From the IMG/VR virus record IMGVR_UViG_3300007511_000013: a DNA stretch of 64,000 bases. The stretch is one strand, 5' to 3'. Every line of letters begins with the position of its first letter. Position 1 is the first letter of the stretch. The DNA comes from an uncultured virus (IMG/VR IMGVR_UViG_3300007511_000013) (lineage: Duplodnaviria > Heunggongvirae > Uroviricota > Caudoviricetes). This document shows, piece by piece, positions 46,801 through 54,882 of the stretch. A program made the position numbers and the translations under genes. Below the pieces are notes generated by a model. That model was not told the origin of the DNA. It did not search any database and was given only the letters and a program-made list of their open reading frames with translations.

Positions 46801-49011
46801 TAAGCCGGCGGTTGCGGCAGCGGCACCAGAACGCCTTAAGATTTGAGTAAGATCATTTACAGAAGCGGCCGAGCTATCTGCAATCGTTGTCAGCTTATCA
46901 ATAACGCTGGTAGCATCTTCGAAAGCAAGACCAAAACTATTAACAGAAACTGTAATAAGCTCAGTGGCATCAGAGAAAGAAAGATTGGCCGCATTAACCG
47001 CCAATATAGAAGCTTTGGTTGCCTCAAGAGTTTCTTTTATACTGAGGCCCTGCTGTACGAAGATTGTAGTAGCTTCGGTAATCTTCTCAACGGACACACC
47101 GAAGTCTTTGGCTAAACCAAGAAGTGAACTCTTAAAGGAATTAAGTTCCCCGACGGAAAGCTGGAAAATTTTGTTCAAGTTTGTCATAGCCTGATTCATA
47201 GAAATAATTTGAGCAATAGAACTTCTTATCGCATCAGTGACCCCAAACATAATTCTACTGCCGACACCAAAAGCGGCCATTCGAATAGTAGACTTAACTA
47301 TGCTGTCGCCAAAGACATTGAAAAAATCCGCCCCCTGCGAAACATTTGCATTGAGGGCTTCCATTTGCTTATTAAGCTGTACAATTTGAGTGGCGTTTGC
47401 CTGGAGTCCTGCGGTGCCGGCGGCGGCCCCCCTGCCCCCTGAAACGCCTCCTCCATTGGAAAATCGCTGAACTCTTCCTCCACGAGCATAGCGTCCAATG
47501 CGTCCACCCATGTGAGCCCTGTTGAGACGCTTTAAACGAGGCATGCCCAATATATTGGCTGATCGCTTATTGATGACGAATTCGCCGGGAGTCAAGAGCG
47601 CGGGCACGGTGTCGCGATCACCTAAGCCGGGCACAAAACCGCCGGAATTTCTTCTAAGAAACTCTTCCTTAAAAGATATTCGCCCAGAAGCCGCATCTCG
47701 GTTAGTCATGTTCTCAAAGAGTTTCGAGGTTGACGAGTTTTTTCGCGCTAATGCAGATCCCGCCTTTGGCAGAAACCCCCCCGCAGAATCTCTTATTTGC
47801 CGAGCAAATTCAGCATTTCTCCCCGTGCCGCTTAATAAGGTTAAAAGCTTATCTTCTGTTGAACTGAGATCATGCGCCTTGCCCAGCGCCTTCTGATTTG
47901 ACGCAAAGTTCCGCAACCTCTGCAACCTGAACATGCCTGGGCCACCCTTGCTGTGGTAGTTTACGGCCTTATTAAGCATGTCAGAACCTGCGGCATCGGT
48001 CAATTTAGCATCTACTGCTCTAGTTGAAGCTTTTAGATTCCATAATTTTTTAAAAGAATCTGCATTTACATTGGTGAAGTCTATGTCTTGATTGCCTTTT
48101 TTCTTTGCGAAGAGGCCCATCATCTTAGATACAGACATTTCAAAGATTTGACCAGCCACAGCCTTTCCACCAAACATTTCGTCTATATCTATTTTATTCT
48201 TAAATAATCTGGCTAATTTTTGCTCCACCTCATTGCGCCCAGACGGCTTTCCCATTTTTGCTCTGAGAACATTCTCAATCTGATTGGCGGCCTTGCGCAT
48301 GGCCTTATGAGTAAAACTCTTAATTTTTGCCTGAATGCCACCATTTATTTTCGCGACTTCAAAACTAGCGGGCTGTATGCTATCAATATTAAACCCACGC
48401 CACGGACCTTGTTCTCTAAGTCTTTTTGTGAGCTTATGCCCCTTGGACTTCATCTCTGTTGTTCGAGTACGATTCTCACCCGTTGCTGCTGTAATAGCAG
48501 CGAGTGCGCCTGGGGTCGGAACGGCTGTATACCTTTGTTGCTTTCTCGCATTGCGTCGGCCGCGTTTTCCCGTTCTTGTGGCACCGGTCCCGGGCGGCTT
48601 GCTCTTTGCACTTCCTCCGCGCTCAAATCTTTGTAGGTTCTGCCTGCCAAGTGCCCTAACCTGGCTACGATTAAGCACGTATTCACCGGGCGTAAGCAAT
48701 GCCCTCACATTATCGCGCGAGCCTGAGCCCCGCACAAAACCACCTGTGGCAAATTTCTTTGGAGACGCACCGATTTTTGCTGAACTATTGAGGGCGCGGG
48801 TGAGGGCGCCCAACTTCTTGTTGAGCGCATTGATGGCCGTAGTGGTTTTTCTGAAAGCGCCTGCGGCCTGTTTAATTGAGTCTGTCTTAACACCAATGGG
48901 AACATTGATGCCCTTAGAGGTAATCTGTCTTGTGGCTCTAACTACAGACTCTACTATGTCTGCTGTAATTTGGCCTGTATTTACTCTGCCATTAAGCAGG
49001 AAATCAGACAT
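40864..49011 (-). CDS. Tail tape measure protein (2715 aa) with N-terminal accessory domains
   Basis: TP901-type core (LAKDFGVS...QQGL...IDKLTTIAD..AAS..DL...RSGA.A), long helical/coiled-coil region, position after tube and chaperone-like genes. Confidence 0.92.
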   Translation of the reverse strand: MSDFLLNGRVNTGQITADIVESVVRATRQITSKGINVPIGVKTDSIKQAAGAFRKTTTAINALNKKLGALTRALNSSAKIGASPKKFATGGFVRGSGSRDNVRALLTPGEYVLNRSQVRALGRQNLQRFERGGSAKSKPPGTGATRTGKRGRRNARKQQRYTAVPTPGALAAITAATGENRTRTTEMKSKGHKLTKRLREQGPWRGFNIDSIQPASFEVAKINGGIQAKIKSFTHKAMRKAANQIENVLRAKMGKPSGRNEVEQKLARLFKNKIDIDEMFGGKAVAGQIFEMSVSKMMGLFAKKKGNQDIDFTNVNADSFKKLWNLKASTRAVDAKLTDAAGSDMLNKAVNYHSKGGPGMFRLQRLRNFASNQKALGKAHDLSSTEDKLLTLLSGTGRNAEFARQIRDSAGGFLPKAGSALARKNSSTSKLFENMTNRDAASGRISFKEEFLRRNSGGFVPGLGDRDTVPALLTPGEFVINKRSANILGMPRLKRLNRAHMGGRIGRYARGGRVQRFSNGGGVSGGRGAAAGTAGLQANATQIVQLNKQMEALNANVSQGADFFNVFGDSIVKSTIRMAAFGVGSRIMFGVTDAIRSSIAQIISMNQAMTNLNKIFQLSVGELNSFKSSLLGLAKDFGVSVEKITEATTIFVQQGLSIKETLEATKASILAVNAANLSFSDATELITVSVNSFGLAFEDATSVIDKLTTIADSSAASVNDLTQILRRSGAAAATAGLTLEEFAAITATVRESTRLSSTTIGAGMKTILVGVQQNEKALNKYGIEVRKSNGEMIGTMDIIGKIATRWETLSREQKVNLAATIAGKRRFTEFASIMNNFGKAQDLVALSANSAGNAQAKQAQQLETIATSMNRLQSSIIDIVNSIGEAGGEALIKDLVDVAKDVVSVFGVITKVFTAIPGALPTAAIVAFFKIFEPKIAEISVGAKEAVKGFFNIGDVSKKSASVATNSLEGVKQTLDATTNSANALASALSRVTDTSLDATGTPNLTKPIPAMTRSAIDATVPSEVADKNNNIQARMKDVNELSKEATRQERALTKEIGLQLNRREKLGREATGQHKTQLEINTIAEDQERIENRINDLSAQKRATGERIVELDGMRTDLSDTLVKNDDLLATSAKKIKRSKEEEEAIAKRRVAIAKVMVFLAISATEKLAGSVATTNELNGQFDSLSHKVRDYADAAQKGAVAFQLMSKFGKKTGLVAGAVVGIVSAIRNRQQTIREGLKKQLKFTQDRLAVLREIENSAARSIGLQEKRNKLVAEENKIGLKTLAATIAKENVERNKRAREAMPSATIPILNITSETEKVLGILLDDTRKITEATRDGTEGIINWSDRVQAETKNIQNSFRLLTSDIQDGLGSQIAGFNKSIDVMHLWEDAMMIAAATADVFNEHGAQSFGGERIAAATALATAANLEYQSALTKTNDIILGSGTPLKKAELLSDTYRRTISRITKLMPEMGQQARAAAQQLVNNLVKAQQASDNFKSVLESGVIASIIAMRKGFGDLATPEAREAIDALRVKFVELGGSVEDFAIILAEHIGAKKLKELMSPFMKELLGAEKRLESFARAAERTKILINLENIQKGLELHRQVATARFLENDLLARSIELEAEKNNLLDKRKQGLTKIADISQSLADFDESMKKSSEELGRELQKNIAIEATKAFSFSAGPRGVGLAEKDPAANERRRELLRQKSLLEASQISVGLKNLESKDPSEVAAITRSLVERKKAIEELIVIKEREAKTDPNESLARIRGLEIQKKLVDQLIEAGIKRLKNMQEMQKVDFKKLQFEYEKVKEVIEKQAIKIQIQVDKQKFKDELALAGRNFVQELSEMSRRADLQFSTKVQLAGAKGDEKKQLAIRLNALHQETRLQLEIAKERFFLQKKAIDNEAHDQLRRVKVEKKIALMKLTEQERFLDNTETAANVWKEVYAEGYRLTLAQKAAALDLQAAREKSPFRQLVLEAKAQLTRDKESQVKARKVTVDRDMGARSRIDEQSEDARERIMVAREQKLSQLIQKTAFDEAKIKLGASHEFRDTIFDAGKSFVDHMEQAKESFLGDDLAGTISNLMLAGFSAIIDLVQPSTAEEAAAKDPMAMINQAKGLGKFFEGFSDAGPAVGGSDLPAGTLTEPIYTKSAITDFPVDDFSDLDAGTVTPAQLQPDAAAAAMGPPSTAVTGFDAQGASALGPSNIGVAGGAGGIPGLSGVGGGFMAGIGPTAQEAGKFFQSNFDPFFENIGDVGASGAGAVLGKNFKKEFGSGNEQEVGKMAGSLVGGVIGGFLGAPQIGATIGSFVGSAIGGVIGGRSKRKKRRRQRRQQLLQDMGTFELKLGGVAEKAFIANLAMEKFIEGLSNVDQINALRTNLVSTLETFEKFNVASKDRAEAVLKFAQATTNLLKDELSKIRSLGQEGFNIGIDDMIKTRLGKQLAKTIARSPSAALGVSFIPEMAGALQAGLKVIQFTDPKLASSVQKTTSAVGLMKLGVVDSLSEGMDLQTKFEDQLLASVKLSNFFLKVIALGERGSMLRGGKGSDRGFAVRSGLATQQELDIADIGVGLSSLSDVFGKFNLGFAARGTLSGAEIGGLINAARQEKRLMPSGSRLMVANDSETIMTRRQARRILGRRGRVGNAANGNVSGGVGFDDLNINLKINNDKTVRLSGINQLSREATKALEDKMGQTVDREEFEAVRRVLDSVIFQLKDRRILGAV

Positions 49012-49029
49012 CTATCTCCCCCTCGGTTT

Positions 49030-49851
49030 TTAAGTATCCGCTAATGCGGCTTCTTTTTTAGACACCCCCCTCTTTTTTTTTGACTTCGTTGCCGGAGCCT
49101 TTTTTTTCTCAGGTGGGTTATCCTTATCCTTTATTACACCAGTGCCGTCCTTCGGGGCGACATCTTCTGCGGCCGGTGTCTCTTCGTCACCCACTACGGT
49201 CTCAATACCGTCTTCATCTACCTTAATGACCTCACCCTTTTCGTTAATGAGGCCGCGTGCGAGGCGCCACTTATTTTCCGCAAAGTCCATCTGGTAATTA
49301 GAAGCAATCTTCGCATTAAAGAGCATAACTGTAGAGATAGCAGTTTGGGCCAGTATATCAGATTCCTCATTAAGGAAGTCATCAAAGGATTTCCACACCC
49401 TCTTGTCGCCCACATCGTGAGTAAGTTCAGCCGCATAAAACTGGTTACGAATATTTTCCGCATAGGACTCGGCCGTATTCTCGTATATGGAATTAATTTT
49501 GAAAGACTCAAGGATGCGCAAACCTCTCAGTTCTTGCATCTTTTCCACAACTTCTTTGCCCTCTTCTACCTTGTCGTCGCCAAAAGCTTCGATATCTTCC
49601 TCAAGCTTCTCAAGCTTTTCATCGATCTCTGCTATCTTGTCACTCGTTTTCTTATGATAATCATTTTCGGAAAGCTCCTCTCTAAACTGGAAGGCCGTGG
49701 GAATACCATCGCGGATTGCATCTGCGAATGCCTTCTTGTAATAGCGATCTGCCTGATTACCCACCTTAAACGACGGCCTAATTATCTTCAGCTTGAGTTC
49801 CTTGCCATCGACCCATACGTCGAACTCGCGCTCTTTAAGCTTGCCAGCCAT
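49030..49851 (-). CDS. Probable tail assembly chaperone
   Basis: Directly upstream of the tape measure; charged and helical; paralog of 50126..51049. Confidence 0.55.
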   Translation of the reverse strand: MAGKLKEREFDVWVDGKELKLKIIRPSFKVGNQADRYYKKAFADAIRDGIPTAFQFREELSENDYHKKTSDKIAEIDEKLEKLEEDIEAFGDDKVEEGKEVVEKMQELRGLRILESFKINSIYENTAESYAENIRNQFYAAELTHDVGDKRVWKSFDDFLNEESDILAQTAISTVMLFNAKIASNYQMDFAENKWRLARGLINEKGEVIKVDEDGIETVVGDEETPAAEDVAPKDGTGVIKDKDNPPEKKKAPATKSKKKRGVSKKEAALADT

Positions 49852-49874
49852 ATAACCTCCAAGTTGTTATCTGT

Positions 49875-50129
49875 TCAATCAGGGATATCTATCTTATTAT
49901 TACCCTTAAAAATAATTTCATGCCTGTACCGGACACGCTGAATCTTGAAAATATCGAGATCTTTGGTCAAATCAATCAAGGTATCGTTCATCACCTCGTA
50001 GGCTTCAATCCCCCTATCTTCATTGTCTTCCAGGCTAATTATATCCTCCACCATGGCATTAATTCGTTTCCTGAGTATTGACAGGAGAATTTTTCGAGAA
50101 TGTACCTCCCAGTTGCGAATATTTGTCAT
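49875..50129 (-). CDS. Hypothetical protein
   Basis: GAGGAGG RBS, ATGA overlap. Confidence 0.6.
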   Translation of the reverse strand: MTNIRNWEVHSRKILLSILRKRINAMVEDIISLEDNEDRGIEAYEVMNDTLIDLTKDLDIFKIQRVRYRHEIIFKGNNKIDIPD

Positions 50130-51049
50130 GAAACCTCCTCATAAAGCAGCTTCGCGCCTTCTTCATCAGTCATCACAAAGGTCTCGCTCGTAGAATTAGC
50201 ACCAACTTTTCCGCCATGTTTATTAAGAGCCCTCTCCTTCTTTCTTTCCTTGGCCGTGCTTTCGAGCCACGAATCAAAGAGATCATCATCCTCAAGAGTT
50301 TCGTCTGACGGAGGTTCATAGGAGTTAATGGCATTATCATAGACAACCGACCAATAAAGAACGTAGGACTGATTCTCGTCTAAGTCGCAGAGGGGGCGGC
50401 TGAAGAGGTCGCGACTGTTTTTACACGTATTGAAGTAAATGCGCCACTCGGGGTGACGGGCAATGCGGCGGGCATCGTGAGAGGAGAGGCGGAAGCCGCC
50501 CAGGTAGGCATTGACGATAAGGGTGGTGTCATCGATGTCGCAGTTGGCAAAATCATCGTAGGTTGACCAGATTGGGTCGCCGTTGGTGTAAAACGCCATC
50601 TTGTGTATGCCCCACCAAATCTTCTGCTCTTGTGCATAGCGCTCGGCCGTGTTTGAAAAAAGGGAGTTTTTATATAAAAAAAGGCTGTCGCGACGCTCTT
50701 GGGATTTCTTTAGCTTCCTATTGGCGGCGTTGAAGCGGGCTCGTTTATATTTGAGAGCCTTAAGAGATTTGCTTATTCTTTTTACTTCGGCCGTGGATTC
50801 TTTTAAAATTCTGTCTTGACTTGGGCCCCAAACTCCACTAAGCATGAGGCCCTGCTTCAAATCGGCCTCCGTGGGGATGTCCATATCTATGGCCTCATCC
50901 ATTGCCTTCTCATATTCCAACTCGGCCAAGATTTTTTCTTCACCGGTGAGCCCCTGGCAGAATATAATGGGTGCCCATGCGGCGCCGGTCTTCACCAAGC
51001 GCTTCCCCGCGAGAAGCTCGTTAATTATGCGGCCCGGATTAAAAGACAT
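50126..51049 (-). CDS. Probable tail assembly chaperone
   Basis: Between tube and tape measure; NTAERYA and IWSTYDDF shared with 49030..49851; YEPPSDE...DDDLFDSWL. Confidence 0.55.
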   Translation of the reverse strand: MSFNPGRIINELLAGKRLVKTGAAWAPIIFCQGLTGEEKILAELEYEKAMDEAIDMDIPTEADLKQGLMLSGVWGPSQDRILKESTAEVKRISKSLKALKYKRARFNAANRKLKKSQERRDSLFLYKNSLFSNTAERYAQEQKIWWGIHKMAFYTNGDPIWSTYDDFANCDIDDTTLIVNAYLGGFRLSSHDARRIARHPEWRIYFNTCKNSRDLFSRPLCDLDENQSYVLYWSVVYDNAINSYEPPSDETLEDDDLFDSWLESTAKERKKERALNKHGGKVGANSTSETFVMTDEEGAKLLYEEVS

Positions 51050-51057
51050 AAGTAACA

Positions 51058-51067
51058 GATATTACAC
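51058..51067 (-). promoter_or_regulatory. Phage promoter-like motif GTGTAATATC
   Basis: Between a terminator and the ATG at 51049, only 8 nt from the start with no SD (near-leaderless). Confidence 0.6.
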
Positions 51068-51068
51068 G

Positions 51069-51103
51069 AAAAAAGGGCGAGGGTGCCTTTGCACCGCCCG
51101 CCC
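51069..51103 (-). terminator. Intrinsic terminator after the tail tube gene
   Basis: GGGCGGGCGGTGC-AAAG-GCACCCTCGCCC + T6. Confidence 0.8.
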
Positions 51104-51129
51104 AAGAAACCTGATAGACCCCGAACTCT

Positions 51130-52188
51130 TTACGGATAATGAGCGTGACGAATCGTCAAGTCATTAAAGTTGCTGTAATTGTAGGTTACAGAAACCTCGC
51201 CGCCTCCGGTGTCGCCACCGGTAAAATCAATAGAAGACAGCTTGTTCTTAGCGCCAAGATTAATCTCAAGTCCCTGTAGGGTCTTAATTGTAATCTGACG
51301 ATCTGTCAAGTTATCGCCCGCTGCCTTTGCCTCTTTAAGATCGCCCTCAGAAGTTATGCACTCAATTGAGCAAGTAACTTCAAGCGGGAAGGCAATAACT
51401 CGATGATAAACATCCCTCTGGCCAAGAGCAAAAATCTCATCACGGCCAAGGTCGGCACTAATGGTGACGTTCTGAATTGCACTACGGTCAGATGACGGAA
51501 TGTCTGCAGGAAGAGTTGAAGAGCTAATATCAACATCTTCGCGCCTCACAACACCCTTACTGGTAAAGGCGCCAGGCGTTGTCGTAGGATCTTCATCAGC
51601 GGTAATAAGTCCGGAAGGAGCGGGGAAGCACTCTGTAGCAGCGGTTCCATCCCCATCGCCTACGGCCCAGAACTTGTTATTACCAACAAAGGTAATTTCT
51701 TCTGTACAGTTTCCATCAACCGGGAAGGTGTAGGAGACCGAAGAGAGGAACATTCCGGAAGCCATCATACGTGAATCGGCCACGCCCGAAGCAAGCGTCT
51801 GCGTGTCGGGATAGACGTGCAGTGCAATATCGGTTTGATATTGAGCATTGCGAGCATTGAGAGTATGGCTACCATTCTTCACCTCTGTAACGCTATCAGA
51901 CGCCATCAGGTAAAGAGGGTGTGTGCCATCTAGAACGCGGCTGACCGTGACTTCAACGTCAGGACGATCTTCTACATTCTCGTAAAGGTTCAACTGACCT
52001 TGCTGGAAGACCTGTTCCAGGTTAAAGGTCGTGGTAACGCCAACGCTTTGGACACCACGCGGGACCTCCCATAGGTTGCCAGAGTTGATGCCAGACTGAC
52101 CAATTGGGAGTATTCCAGATGCCGGTGTTAAGCCAGACTTTCTGAAAGCCATTCCCTTGGTTGCGTAGATAATTCTCTTATTTGCCAC
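51130..52188 (-). CDS. Major tail tube protein
   Basis: GVQSVGVTTTFNLEQVFQQGQL..YENVE..PDVEVT...FPLEVTCSIE; strong RBS, own promoter motif and terminator; synteny. Confidence 0.75.
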   Translation of the reverse strand: MANKRIIYATKGMAFRKSGLTPASGILPIGQSGINSGNLWEVPRGVQSVGVTTTFNLEQVFQQGQLNLYENVEDRPDVEVTVSRVLDGTHPLYLMASDSVTEVKNGSHTLNARNAQYQTDIALHVYPDTQTLASGVADSRMMASGMFLSSVSYTFPVDGNCTEEITFVGNNKFWAVGDGDGTAATECFPAPSGLITADEDPTTTPGAFTSKGVVRREDVDISSSTLPADIPSSDRSAIQNVTISADLGRDEIFALGQRDVYHRVIAFPLEVTCSIECITSEGDLKEAKAAGDNLTDRQITIKTLQGLEINLGAKNKLSSIDFTGGDTGGGEVSVTYNYSNFNDLTIRHAHYP

Positions 52189-52229
52189 TGCTCCCCCTCC
52201 TCTAGGGTTAACTTACAGAATGTCTACCG

Positions 52230-52239
52230 TATATTACAC
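52230..52239 (-). promoter_or_regulatory. Phage promoter-like motif GTGTAATATA
   Basis: Upstream of the tail tube gene. Confidence 0.65.
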
Positions 52240-52255
52240 ACAAAAAATCTTTTTT

Positions 52256-52654
52256 CTATGATCCTATCCAACCAGTTGATATCCCGCTAACTGGTGGATT
52301 TGTTACGACGGTATGCGTAACACCACTTGCATCCATGTGTGTATGTCCCGTAAACCCCACGTAAGGAAGATACACACTGTCAACTCTCGTTCCTTCGGCC
52401 GCCACCATATAGACACCGCTCGCATGGGCAACCGGCCTTATTTCACCAGGAGCATAAGATCCAAGATTCGAAGGCTGTGCCACCTGTGGAACGGTGTGGC
52501 CGGCTAGTGCGGGATCGCCTTGCGCGGCATTGAACATTCCACTCATCGGCAGGCTATGATCTATTCCGGAGGGGGCCGATGGATTCGCCTGAGAATTATA
52601 CCCCTTGAACTGGTCTCCCTTCGCCAAGGTAGCTGCATTATACTGTAACGCCAT
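52256..52654 (-). CDS. Small Ser-Gly-rich probable virion protein
   Basis: Likely start ATG 52654 (MALQYN); five S-G-hydrophobic motifs in 132 aa. Confidence 0.6.
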   Translation of the reverse strand: MALQYNAATLAKGDQFKGYNSQANPSAPSGIDHSLPMSGMFNAAQGDPALAGHTVPQVAQPSNLGSYAPGEIRPVAHASGVYMVAAEGTRVDSVYLPYVGFTGHTHMDASGVTHTVVTNPPVSGISTGWIGS

Positions 52655-52696
52655 ATTCTTTTTTCCCCTTGACAAATAGCCTAAAAAAAACTACTC

Positions 52697-52726
52697 TTGA
52701 CAGCCCTCTGTATATTACCCTATAAT
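52697..52726 (+). promoter_or_regulatory. Consensus sigma70-type promoter on the antisense strand
   Basis: TTGACA (52697-52702), 18 nt, TATAAT (52721-52726); overlaps two minus-strand motif variants at 52711-52730. Confidence 0.5.
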
Positions 52727-52825
52727 ACAAGTAAGGAATCCAACATATACATGAATGTCAAAGATCTCCCAATAATATTGCTTAACATCTTAAATATTCC
52801 TTATTAAATAAATAAGATATTTCCT

Positions 52826-53734
52826 TTATGGATTTACACCTCTCACCTCAAATAAAGCATCCATCCTCACCCTATTCCAGTCAGTTCTCTCCGAAAATAC
52901 ATCCACCCGATCGGCCCTCAACCAATAAGCAGTATTCCAAAAAAGGGAATTATCCGCTGTCATCGCCGTATATTCCTTATAAGTGGAAGCCTTCGCTCCC
53001 CGGAAATCAAATAACTCAGGCATCGCATCAATATCGATCACCTTCGTGGCGCTATATTGCTGATAGCTAATCGTATCCGCTATATCATCAATGACATCCA
53101 GCGAATCATCATTTGAAATAACGTGAAAATGCACCAGCTTATTTATTATTTGTCCTCCGCCAAGCGCCAATGGTGATATCGTCTGCCCCTCAACATCAAT
53201 CCAGATCGCGGGCACCGTTACGGCCCCGCTTGGAAATACCGTGTCGAATACGGCATCGTTCTGAAAATAATCATTGTGGAGGGCGTGCACGGTGTGCCGG
53301 TCAGCAATACCAACAAAAACATCCTTCGATGTATATTCTACCTGCACTGTATTTGCCGAGGTCGGCGCCGTCCCGCTCGTAAAGATAACTCTACCGTTCT
53401 CAAAGTCAAAAACATGCCCAAAAGAAGCATCATCCTTCGCATAAAAGACACTGTCAATATAGACGCCGGAAGGATCGATCGGAGCCTCTGCCCCTGAGGG
53501 GACCACCACATCGCCCTCATACACCCAATTGGTCCGCGGCGCCTGCCACACGGTTCCCGCCGCAAATGAGGTACTGTCGGAGTGAATAAATAGCTCGCTC
53601 AGGTCATCACCACTGTAATTGGTCTCCCCCAGCGACACGTTATCATAGTAGCCCTCATTCAACAATAGGTTAGTAATATACATAACCATGTTTGTCTTTA
53701 ATTGATTGCTAACTTTTGACGTTCTAAAAGCCAT
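52826..53734 (-). CDS. Probable tail terminator/completion protein
   Basis: PAIWID...LGGGQ...FHVIS; synteny before the tail tube. Confidence 0.55.
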   Translation of the reverse strand: MAFRTSKVSNQLKTNMVMYITNLLLNEGYYDNVSLGETNYSGDDLSELFIHSDSTSFAAGTVWQAPRTNWVYEGDVVVPSGAEAPIDPSGVYIDSVFYAKDDASFGHVFDFENGRVIFTSGTAPTSANTVQVEYTSKDVFVGIADRHTVHALHNDYFQNDAVFDTVFPSGAVTVPAIWIDVEGQTISPLALGGGQIINKLVHFHVISNDDSLDVIDDIADTISYQQYSATKVIDIDAMPELFDFRGAKASTYKEYTAMTADNSLFWNTAYWLRADRVDVFSERTDWNRVRMDALFEVRGVNP

Positions 53735-54360
53735 TAAAGAATGGTTCCCCTTATTATTTGGCCCACCTGCTCAGGTATGACCTTAATCATGTTAGAAACA
53801 TCAAGTCGAACCGCGCCAATGCCGGGCGATTGGCCCTTGTTGAAGCTGACGGAGCCACCCCTCTTCATTACGGCCAGCCCCGAACGGCTATATCTTTTTT
53901 GGGTGGAGTTAGTTATCGGACTAACGTGATGTCCAAATATGCGCCCCTTCCCAGAATCCCCTATGACCCCATATTCATATATGTCCCATGCATTCACATT
54001 TATTCGGCGCCCCGCCTTATTGGTCCACACATGGTCCATGACGGCCCGTATCCTATTTTGGTCGAGTCCCAGAATGCTGACGCCCGAGCTATCCCTCACG
54101 ATATTTACATCCGACACAATGGAAGTGAAGTCGGACCACATGTTTTTGGCCCCGCCTGCATCTATGCCGAAGTCAGCTCTAAACTGTTCGCTGGTCAGAA
54201 AGATATTCCACTTGCGGATGCTGATGCTATTCATGATGATGCGTACTATTCTTTCTTTAACTGATGCGCCCATTAACGAATTTTTTATCTTTTCCTCGAT
54301 GAGTTTCAGATTTTGCTTATTAAAAGTTGGTTTAAAGTTAATCACTGGGCTCGCTCCCAA
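53734..54360 (-). CDS. Probable neck/tail-completion protein
   Basis: Basic; WDIYEYG and SRSGLAVM motifs; synteny. Confidence 0.5.
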   Translation of the reverse strand: MGASPVINFKPTFNKQNLKLIEEKIKNSLMGASVKERIVRIIMNSISIRKWNIFLTSEQFRADFGIDAGGAKNMWSDFTSIVSDVNIVRDSSGVSILGLDQNRIRAVMDHVWTNKAGRRINVNAWDIYEYGVIGDSGKGRIFGHHVSPITNSTQKRYSRSGLAVMKRGGSVSFNKGQSPGIGAVRLDVSNMIKVIPEQVGQIIRGTIL

Positions 54361-54872
54361 AACATCTTAACTCTGATTAACTCTTGCAGGCCTGACTTCA
54401 CCGGCTTGCCCAGGGGGCGGTATTCTAAGTCATCTATGGTTGCCAGTTCGCATGTCAATATGTCATTATATGAACCTATCACTGTGCTTGTTTTTATTGC
54501 ATTGATGTCCATTTCACCTATGCCGGCCTCCAAAACCTCTCTCTCCTTAAATTTAGTAGAGATGGTCGCTGTATAGTTCGCGCGCCTCTGAGTTTTTAAG
54601 ACGCCCTGTCCATTGCATACGGGACACTTTTTACCCCTAAGAAAAGGCTTGTTAAGAGCACCGAGTGGATTTGGATTGCCTGTGCTATAAACGTTTTTTG
54701 ACCTCTTGCGAATACTGTCATATAAACAATTGGGACAATCAGAAACAGAGGGCGTCAGATGCAACACGATTGGGCGACCGAGGTCTACCAACAATTCATC
54801 CATGCGATCCTTGAAAACCTGCTTGACGGTATCACTGACCAATCTTCCCTTGGCTGGTAAATTTTCTGCCAT
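54342..54872 (-). CDS. Probable head-closure protein with Zn-finger insert
   Basis: GRPIVLH..P...DCPNC...KCPVCNGQG; synteny. Confidence 0.55.
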   Translation of the reverse strand: MAENLPAKGRLVSDTVKQVFKDRMDELLVDLGRPIVLHLTPSVSDCPNCLYDSIRKRSKNVYSTGNPNPLGALNKPFLRGKKCPVCNGQGVLKTQRRANYTATISTKFKEREVLEAGIGEMDINAIKTSTVIGSYNDILTCELATIDDLEYRPLGKPVKSGLQELIRVKMFWERAQ

Positions 54873-54882
54873 GTCTTACCCC

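Noticed and set aside
41009..49033. Long plus-strand ORFs (e.g. 43991..44722, 48335..49033)
   Set aside because: Antisense shadows of the tape measure with no recognisable motifs; the same applies to the other plus-strand ORFs in the track
49060..49115. Slippery A-runs as a chaperone frameshift site
   Set aside because: They encode a Lys-rich tail just before the stop, and the tape measure has its own RBS and ATG
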